UHGV virus genome: UHGV-1358930
Length of the DNA stretch: 64,000 nt
Reading direction: 5' to 3' (one strand)
Source of the DNA: a virus
Under the pieces are notes generated by a model, which was given only the letters and a program-made list of their open reading frames with translations, did not search any database and was not told the DNA's origin. Shown here piece after piece: positions 56,561 through 64,000 of this stretch. Position 1 is the stretch's first letter. Every line of letters starts with the position of its first letter. Made by a program: the position numbers and the translations under genes.

Positions 56561-57647
56561 ATGGCGTTTTTAGATAACTCTGGATTGTCTAAGCTTTGGG
56601 CAAAAATAAAAGAACAGCTAAACAGCAAAGCAAATGCTTCGCATGATCATACATCAATTTCTGGTACTGCTTCTAATATCACAGGAGTTGTAGATTTTGC
56701 GCACGGAGGAACTGGTAGATCAAATAGAGATAGCGGATATTCGGCTTTGATGTCGGGGGGTGTACAAGGGAAATCTAAACGACGCTCAAAACGCAGGTGT
56801 TTATATGTTCACAACTGCGGATACTACAAATTATCCTACGTATGCTGGTAGAACTGATACTTGGGCAAGACTAGAAGTAACTACATCAGCTAGAGATTCT
56901 GCAGAAGTGATGCAAAGAGTGATATACAGTAGAGAAGGTGTAGAGTTTACTCGATTACATGCCAATGGAACAACTTGGACTCCTTGGCAAATTGTTGTAA
57001 GTGGCGCAGTTGCACATAGACAATTTGTGCAGAGTATTCCGTCTGGCGCAAATCTAAATGATTATATGATAAACGGTTCATATGTATCTACATCTAGTGA
57101 AAATATTATCGCTAATCTACCACCATTCTTTGGCGATGGTAAAGGTGCATTCACACTTCTTGTAACTGGAATTAGTACAGACTCTATGTATACTAATCAA
57201 ATCTTAATTGCTCTCGACAATAAACATGTATACATGCGATCTCAAACGAATTGGCAACTTCCCTGGGTCTGGACAGATTGGGCTCCAGTACCTATAGATT
57301 TTGTATCTAAAAATACAGGTAAATCTGAAATGCATTTGAACATAAGTAAACTCAATATAGAACCAAATCTGTATTTTGATAGAAGTGTTAATGGAGATAA
57401 ATATACTAGAATGTATGAAGCAAATACACAAGCTGCAGAATTAGCATTTGCACAAAAACCTGTAAATGGAACTGAAGCCATATCTAGATTAGCATGGGAT
57501 GGAGACCACATTGAGTTTAGAGGAGACAATAATACAATGTGGTTAGGTTCAAACTATCATCCGATGGCAAGATTCTACACATCAGACTACGGAACATCCC
57601 TACCAGCAGCTGGTTCTAAAGGTAGAGTCTTTTTCAAGAAAGTATAA
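56561..57647 (+). pseudogene. Receptor-binding / tail fibre paralog interrupted by a +1 frameshift in a G6 run at 56755-56760.
   Basis: The N-terminal part (56561-56760, frame A) and the C-terminal part (56760-57647, frame +1) both align to the intact paralog at 57683-58561. Deleting one G restores the frame. Confidence 0.55.
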
Positions 57648-57682
57648 CAACACACAATTTATATGAAAGATAAGGTGAAAAC

Positions 57683-58561
57683 GTGGCGTTTTTAGATCAT
57701 GACGGATTGGTCAAAGTTTGGAGTAAAATGCTAGAGAAAGTAAATGCAAAAGCCGATAGTTCGCATGACCATAACAGCATATCGGGAACAGCTTCCAATG
57801 TAACAGGAGTTGTTAGCATCAGTAACGGAGGTACTGGTTCAGACTCACGTGGAGAGGGATATCAAGCTCTCCAGTCTGCTGGAACATTTTCAGGTGACTT
57901 TAATAATCTAACTACTCCAGGTGTGTACTGGGTAGATTTAAGAGAATGCACAAATGTTCCGCCTCGTCCAAATGGAATCAATCACGGAATACTAGAAGTA
58001 ATAAACAATGTCAATGTTTATCAGAGATTCACTTGTTTTGAGTACACGATGTATATCAGAACATATGCAAATAACATCTGGCAGGATTGGATTTGTATAT
58101 ATTCTTCTAAAGATATTATCGGACTAAATAATGGTGGTACTGGTGCATCTACTAGCTATGACGCTCAAATGAATTTAGGTATAATGCACGTTCACGATAT
58201 AGCAGCATCTGATCAGAATGACTGGAGAACTAAAGTGCTTTCTCAAATTTTACAAAATTCTATAAATTATGGTGGTGGCTTCCAATGTGGTAGTATTGGA
58301 TGGGCTGGTATTCAATTTGGTCAATACTTTGCTACTTCAGTCGGAAGTGGTGATAATCTATCGAATAGAATTTTGGCGCTAATCTACAATTCGGCTGGAA
58401 CAAACTGGGCATTAGAAGTATGGAGATGCGACGCAGGTACGTGGAATCCATGCGCAGTTAAAGGAGCATCACTACAAACAATGCCAGAAATTGGCTATGG
58501 TACAGCTGACCAAAGACCTGGTCCTGGACTCCCAGGAAGAATTTACTTCCAAAAGGTATAA
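57683..58561 (+). CDS. Receptor-binding / tail fibre paralog, intact.
   Basis: A GTG start follows AAGGTGA. The N-terminus MAFLDHDGL...HDHNSISGTASNVTGVV matches the 56561 gene. Confidence 0.5.
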   Translation: MAFLDHDGLVKVWSKMLEKVNAKADSSHDHNSISGTASNVTGVVSISNGGTGSDSRGEGYQALQSAGTFSGDFNNLTTPGVYWVDLRECTNVPPRPNGINHGILEVINNVNVYQRFTCFEYTMYIRTYANNIWQDWICIYSSKDIIGLNNGGTGASTSYDAQMNLGIMHVHDIAASDQNDWRTKVLSQILQNSINYGGGFQCGSIGWAGIQFGQYFATSVGSGDNLSNRILALIYNSAGTNWALEVWRCDAGTWNPCAVKGASLQTMPEIGYGTADQRPGPGLPGRIYFQKV

Positions 58562-58590
58562 TATTAGAAACAACAAAAAGAGGTGATTGA

Positions 58591-59118
58591 ATGGCTTTAC
58601 AATCTAAAACAATTACTGGCAATGGTTCAAGAGGACACCATAAATTTACATTAACTGTTACAGAGAACAGTAAAAATGATAGTGCAAACACATCCAATAT
58701 TAGCTATACATTTAAAATTTCGCCTATTCAATCTGGATGGGGATGGAATACGCAAGGAACAAATATCAGTTACACTATCACGATAAACGGAACTAATTAT
58801 ACTGGAACAATTCCTGATTATAATGGTTCAAGTACAGTTACGTTGAAAAGCGGTACATTAAACGTTGCACATGATGCAACAGGTACAAAAACAATGAGTT
58901 TCAGTTTCAGTGTACGTGATAGAGACGGAGAAAGTTACACTTGCGGCTCAGCATCAGCTAGCGGATCTATGGTATTAACACCAACCACTGGTCAGGGACT
59001 TGTTTACATTGATAATGGGTCTGGTTGGGATGCATATCAAGTATATATCGACAATGGATCATCGTGGGATAGATACATTCCATATATTGACAACGGATCT
59101 GGCTGGGACATGTATTAA
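58591..59118 (+). CDS. Structural protein with C-terminal tandem YIDNGSGWD repeats.
   Basis: Three copies of YIDNGS(G/S)WD.Y occur at the C-terminus. Confidence 0.4.
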   Translation: MALQSKTITGNGSRGHHKFTLTVTENSKNDSANTSNISYTFKISPIQSGWGWNTQGTNISYTITINGTNYTGTIPDYNGSSTVTLKSGTLNVAHDATGTKTMSFSFSVRDRDGESYTCGSASASGSMVLTPTTGQGLVYIDNGSGWDAYQVYIDNGSSWDRYIPYIDNGSGWDMY

Positions 59119-59236
59119 GTGAATCAATGCTAGCAATAACTGTTGAAACTATTCAGCAGTTATTGTTATGTACACCTTTAATATCGACAAATGTATACAA
59201 ATTCGTTCAACTATGATACTAGGAGTTGATTCGTAT

Positions 59237-60856
59237 ATGCCAAGACAACTATGGAATGAAGGACGAGTTGTAGGCTTGTCCGCATATGAAGTCTATCTCA
59301 AACAACATCTGTCAAAAAATCCTGATATAGAACCTGCTACTGAAATTGAATGGTTAGCTGCTTCGATTGCATCTGGATCTTCTATGATACTGAAAATATC
59401 TGCTCACAAAACTGCAGGTAGACACATAGTAGATTACCCATTACCTGCAGATAGTAGACTATGTGCAGCTAACCTGATTTTTGGTAATTTTTTCTCTGGA
59501 GATGTAGATATATCCGACGCCTCATCTCCATTTGGTTATAGATTGTCATCTGTAGGTCAAACTGTTTCAAATACTGAGCACAGCCATCCGATTGGATCTG
59601 CTACGGACGCTACAAGTATTCCGAATCAAGTTGATGATACAGATTTATTTAACTCTAAAGCAAACGAATACAATAAAATTTTAGATGGTGTAGTCATTCA
59701 ACCAGGTAACTGGGAAGATACAGGTGCGGCAGCTCCTGCAGCAGATCTAATTCCAAACATGAAACTTTCACCTACTGTCCGTATACTATTCAAAGACAAA
59801 GTAGATGTAGATTTCTATGTTATATTAACTGGATTCACCAATAGATCTGTAATATCTGGAGTAGCTGGAATGGGAGGATCTTTTGATCCTATTGCTCCGC
59901 TAGACGGAACAGCATTTGGACCCGCACAGTTCCCTTGGGCTGCTAAAATCATATTCAATACGTCTAACTATACATTAGATCAGGCTGTATTATCTAATTA
60001 TTCTCGAAAGCTTCCTACTTCTGCAGCTGAAGTATCTGTAAAAGGCAAACCGATTATAGATATGGCTACAACTGACCCAAACAGCTACTATCATGCAAAT
60101 CTACCAGATGCGCAAGTTACAGAAAATGTCGTTAAATATAGCTCTCCAGACAACCAAATCAATGTACTAACTACATATACAAAGAAAGATAAATATCCGC
60201 CTGCGTTGTATGGAGGAATAGTAACTAAAACAGGTGAAAACACTATAAGTCCAATAGGTGTTGTATCCGAAGGTTCAGTTAAGATATTTGACAAAGATGC
60301 AACGAAAGATGATATAAAGGATTATGAAGACACGTATCCGGGTACATCTGGAATTCGTAAAAACGATGACGGAACTATGGATACTCTAGATAACGCTGAT
60401 AATCTAGTTAAAGTCGCTGAAGTGTCGCATAGAAGGCTTGTGTATAACAACATAGTCGCAAGCGACAACTATGTGAATGGCGTAGTAACTAAGACTGGAA
60501 ATAAATCTGCGATATCTCTATCACTATCGCCTAGCAGTAACGACACGCAGTATACGCTAGGAAATGATGGAGATAACAACAAGACCATAGGAAACACAAC
60601 ATTCGGAGTAGGTAACCTGCAGAAGCTGAGTCCAAATTCTTCTAATATCACATTCCCTTATATACTAGAAGCTATGTCTAATAATAAGTCAATAGACATT
60701 CTAGGAGATAACATGAAATTGCTGAAAGCTGGTCTAAATAAATCGGAACCATATGTCCAGCTTCCTAACGGACTTCGATTCTACATATCCGCAACAAAAC
60801 CAACTGCAACTGATGTCCCAATCGGGTCTATTGGAGTAGGCTGGACAGAGGAGTAA
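59237..60856 (+). CDS. Putative tail or baseplate structural protein.
   Basis: A large ORF within the fibre module, preceded by an AGGAG ribosome-binding site. Confidence 0.4.
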   Translation: MPRQLWNEGRVVGLSAYEVYLKQHLSKNPDIEPATEIEWLAASIASGSSMILKISAHKTAGRHIVDYPLPADSRLCAANLIFGNFFSGDVDISDASSPFGYRLSSVGQTVSNTEHSHPIGSATDATSIPNQVDDTDLFNSKANEYNKILDGVVIQPGNWEDTGAAAPAADLIPNMKLSPTVRILFKDKVDVDFYVILTGFTNRSVISGVAGMGGSFDPIAPLDGTAFGPAQFPWAAKIIFNTSNYTLDQAVLSNYSRKLPTSAAEVSVKGKPIIDMATTDPNSYYHANLPDAQVTENVVKYSSPDNQINVLTTYTKKDKYPPALYGGIVTKTGENTISPIGVVSEGSVKIFDKDATKDDIKDYEDTYPGTSGIRKNDDGTMDTLDNADNLVKVAEVSHRRLVYNNIVASDNYVNGVVTKTGNKSAISLSLSPSSNDTQYTLGNDGDNNKTIGNTTFGVGNLQKLSPNSSNITFPYILEAMSNNKSIDILGDNMKLLKAGLNKSEPYVQLPNGLRFYISATKPTATDVPIGSIGVGWTEE

Positions 60857-60860
60857 TCGT

Positions 60861-62531
60861 ATGGCTACTTCAAATTTTACAACATTCAACAACGACTGGA
60901 CTTACTGTGCACAAGAGGGCTATATATCTGCGGGCACATTCAAAAACACAAATTCGAGTAAGATTCATATTTCTAGCGTATCGCTGTGGCTTGGTACTCT
61001 TAGTGGATATGTAAATGCAGGCGATACGACTACTGGAAATGGCAAACCAATTTCAACCACAGTTAAGATTGGAAACACAATATCTACTGCAGTAAACGTA
61101 ACAGCTGTAACTGGTACAGGTTACGATTCTAGTGTAGGATACTACCCTACGCATAAAAATAACCCCGAATATAAGTTTCCGATATCCGCTACCGTAAATC
61201 CAGGAGCTACAGTAACAATATATGTGCATGCTCCAAATGGAATAAATACCTCCACAGGAAATTGTTTAACAAAAACGCAAAACAAAGGCACAGTGACGTA
61301 TGAAGTAGTTCCGGACTATTATACTGTATCCTACGATGCTAACGGAGGTACAGGTGCACCAGCTTCTCAACAAAAAATACATGATGTTAATCTAACTCTG
61401 TCCTCTACTGAACCAAAAAAAGCATCAACGTCTGTTTCAAGCTACCGTGTTACATTCAATGCCAATGGAGGTTCATGTGATGTAGCTTACAGAGACTCGA
61501 CCAAAACAACTACTTACACATTTATTTGCTGGGCTGCAAATAAAGATGGATCAGGTACAACCTGGTTTCCAGGAGGTACGTATCGTCAAAACGCTTCCAT
61601 AACACTATATGCAAGTTACGTAGGAGTAGAGACACAAGATTCAGTCGGACTCCCGCACGCTTCTAGACCTGGATACGTGTTTAAAGGTTGGGCAGAATCA
61701 CCATCGGAAACTTCTGGTGGCACACTATGGTACACTCCACAGCAGAATATTACCCTATATGCAACATGGGAGCGAGCTTCTATCACAATTACATATAACG
61801 CTAATGGTGGATCTGGAGCTCCTTCAAATCAATCAGGTGTACCGCCAATTACAATCAGTTCAACTATACCTACTAGATCTAATTGCAAATTTAAATGTTG
61901 GAATACTAGATCTGACGAATCTGGTACATCATACAATCCTGGAGATGTATACAATGGGTTCTCTAATGTCACATTGTATGCAATATGGCTATATAAATTC
62001 ACAATAGGTGGAACAGATGGAACAGTGACGTATAGCGGATCTTCGTTATCTCTCGCATACTCCGCAGACAATTCTACGCTTACTGCGTATCTGGATAAGG
62101 GTACACACATACCGTTATCTGAGTTCAGGTTCAATTGGGACTCGTACTCAGGAAAAACTTTACAAAGCTGGAACACCAATACAGCAGGAAGTGGAACTTC
62201 ATACAGCTTAACTCAGACAATACAATTATCATCTGCATTGACGTTGCATGCAATAGCAGCTCCGCTACACACATATACTGTATCATTTTACGATGGAAAA
62301 TCTCCTGTAAATTCTGTGATCAGCTCTATTCAAAAACCATACGGATCCGAATTGGTTGATTCAGATTATCCTACTCCGCCTACTTGGCCTGGTCACAAAT
62401 TTTCTGGTTGGGTAGGAGGATATTCGATAGTAATGAAAGACATGACAATAACTGCGATGTGGGGATCTTCTCCCGTATGGATATTCACTACATCTGGGTG
62501 GGTCAAATATTCACCGAAGGAGAAAAAATAA
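60861..62531 (+). CDS. Structural protein with Listeria-Bacteroides (Flg_new) repeats.
   Basis: Repeated Y.V.(Y/F)(D/N)ANGG...P...GY.FKGW units are present. Confidence 0.5.
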   Translation: MATSNFTTFNNDWTYCAQEGYISAGTFKNTNSSKIHISSVSLWLGTLSGYVNAGDTTTGNGKPISTTVKIGNTISTAVNVTAVTGTGYDSSVGYYPTHKNNPEYKFPISATVNPGATVTIYVHAPNGINTSTGNCLTKTQNKGTVTYEVVPDYYTVSYDANGGTGAPASQQKIHDVNLTLSSTEPKKASTSVSSYRVTFNANGGSCDVAYRDSTKTTTYTFICWAANKDGSGTTWFPGGTYRQNASITLYASYVGVETQDSVGLPHASRPGYVFKGWAESPSETSGGTLWYTPQQNITLYATWERASITITYNANGGSGAPSNQSGVPPITISSTIPTRSNCKFKCWNTRSDESGTSYNPGDVYNGFSNVTLYAIWLYKFTIGGTDGTVTYSGSSLSLAYSADNSTLTAYLDKGTHIPLSEFRFNWDSYSGKTLQSWNTNTAGSGTSYSLTQTIQLSSALTLHAIAAPLHTYTVSFYDGKSPVNSVISSIQKPYGSELVDSDYPTPPTWPGHKFSGWVGGYSIVMKDMTITAMWGSSPVWIFTTSGWVKYSPKEKK

Positions 62532-63266
62532 ATGGGATGGATAATGTCTTCAAAATTTCCTGGAAAAGCTATCATCTACAACTACTACAATCAGGATGTA
62601 GGTAGTTCAAAGAAGGGAACATATACGAAAGCGGATCCAGAATTCTTCAACTGGCAAATAGGTGAATACTGGCTCCAGCACGATCAATGTATAAAATATA
62701 TCAACACTGCCGAAAGTGCGATACGATTGACACGTGTAGGAATAAAAACCATGTCATGTAACTCCAATGGTCAAAGTTACTGGTCATACGGAGGTGGTCC
62801 GAACCCGCCTGTAACTGGCAAAGGTGGAAAATATTATGCGTTTATACAGCATTTTGATGCAAATGAAAACTTGCTAGATAGATCATATATTGGAGATACT
62901 AAACCTGCGATTGATATTCCCGACGTTGGACCTAACATGATATGGGCAGGAGACGGAAGTACGCTAGGGCATACTGCAATATTTGATTCAACAAAGATGA
63001 CGATGAACACATATGAAACACCAGATTGTCCTGCCATACAGCCAGGAGAAGGATTCTATCTTCATTTAGGCATCGGAGAATTCACTGAAACTTGGCTACC
63101 TGCAGTAAACATCATGTTTTCATTAGTGCCTGGAGATATGGATATATATATTGAACCTGCAGAACAGCCGGCAATATGGAGATTCGAAGAGGATAGAAAA
63201 TGGCACTTAGTTAAACGCTTATACAAGATGACAGGATCCGGATGGACAAGCATGTACGACAAGTAG
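62532..63266 (+). CDS. Hypothetical structural protein.
   Basis: A GGAG ribosome-binding site is present. Confidence 0.4.
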   Translation: MGWIMSSKFPGKAIIYNYYNQDVGSSKKGTYTKADPEFFNWQIGEYWLQHDQCIKYINTAESAIRLTRVGIKTMSCNSNGQSYWSYGGGPNPPVTGKGGKYYAFIQHFDANENLLDRSYIGDTKPAIDIPDVGPNMIWAGDGSTLGHTAIFDSTKMTMNTYETPDCPAIQPGEGFYLHLGIGEFTETWLPAVNIMFSLVPGDMDIYIEPAEQPAIWRFEEDRKWHLVKRLYKMTGSGWTSMYDK

Positions 63267-63274
63267 GTGAAATC

Positions 63275-63661
63275 ATGAAAATATTTACAAGCAAGACAAC
63301 AAAATTAAGTGCTAATCAGCAAGTAAATAGAGTTGGTAAATACTTATTTAATCACATTGACAGCGCATACAACTATAAAAAATCTGGAAATATGTTTGAT
63401 GTGTATATCACAGCATACTATCAAGATACAAGTAGACTCGACTCTAGTGTAGAAGAAATGAATATTGACATCAACATAACTACATACAGCAATAAGCTCC
63501 GAATAAATATTATTTCTTTAGATGAAAATGAGAAGACTATCGGATCTGATGTGTATACGCCTGAGTTTCTTGAGGACTTGCCGAAAGCTTACAGCAAAAT
63601 AATGAACCGAATAAAGTACAGGATGTCTAAAGAGTTCTCGAAATACGAATTTATTTTCTAG
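63275..63661 (+). CDS. Hypothetical protein.
   Basis: An AGGTGAA ribosome-binding site is present. Confidence 0.35.
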   Translation: MKIFTSKTTKLSANQQVNRVGKYLFNHIDSAYNYKKSGNMFDVYITAYYQDTSRLDSSVEEMNIDINITTYSNKLRINIISLDENEKTIGSDVYTPEFLEDLPKAYSKIMNRIKYRMSKEFSKYEFIF

Positions 63662-63929
63662 ATTCGTTATTTATATCGGAGGAGAATCTACAAATGAGAC
63701 TATACATCAAATCAAGTGAAAACACATCCGAAGAATTTGAAACGTTCAACACATTTGAAGTTAGTAGCATATCCGATGTACTTTCAGCTCATGCCTGATG
63801 AATTTCACTATAAAAGACCTCTTAGACAAGGAGGTCCGATGCTTGTGAAAATAGCTTATAGAACAATTCAATGGTAATCAGTTTTCACGCGTTAACATAA
63901 CATCATTCTAACTAGGAGCTGCTGAATCA

Positions 63930-64000
63930 ATGAAAAAACGAATATATCCAATATCTGCTGGAATTCGTGTTGAGAACAACAAATTTATATTTAAGAATGA
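63930..64000 (+). CDS. Hypothetical protein, 3'-truncated by the window end.
   Basis: An AGGAG ribosome-binding site and ATG are present, and the ORF runs off the window. Confidence 0.3.
   Translation, partial: MKKRIYPISAGIRVENNKFIFKN

Noticed and set aside
1-64000. CRISPR arrays or other regular direct-repeat arrays.
   Set aside because: No repeat-spacer periodicity is visible. The only tandem repeats are protein-level ones (endolysin wall-binding repeats, Flg_new, YIDNGSGWD) and the short atagatcaa doublet at 5299.

Overview
The window reads as a 64 kb slice of a large, low-GC (~37%) virulent-type phage of a Gram-positive (Firmicutes-like) host. Every convincing gene is on the + strand, and the minus-strand ORFs overlap + strand genes and look spurious. 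Running left to right:

- A head module (a 5'-truncated scaffold/protease-like gene, a putative major capsid protein, and a strong terminator).
- A block of paralogous small FCS/TRASH-type zinc-ribbon proteins.
- An Amidase_2 endolysin with two cell-wall-binding repeats, and a separate holin-like gene.
- A SNF2 helicase whose P-loop is interrupted by an HNH-type intein.
- A phage sigma-70-family factor flanked by very acidic proteins.
- A UvrD-like helicase / Cys-rich protein / SbcC-Rad50-like ATPase trio.
- A GC-rich, essentially non-coding island at 33.8-40.1 kb packed with tRNAs (Thr, Ser, Gln, Met, three Gly-UCC copies), several tRNA-like elements with collapsed anticodon loops, conserved hairpins and a solitary IS605-family TnpB.
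- A nucleotide-metabolism cluster (dCMP deaminase, NAD-dependent ligase LigA, ThyX) next to tandem HNH homing endonucleases.
- A tail-fibre / receptor-binding module with several paralog sets, Listeria-Bacteroides (Flg_new) repeats and a homopolymer frameshift.

A recurring AATCGTTAA element about 50 nt upstream of many genes, and three consensus sigma-A promoters preceded by paired inverted copies of the same motif, suggest a temporal promoter hierarchy. Most protein calls rest on motif recognition by eye and need HMM or BLAST confirmation.
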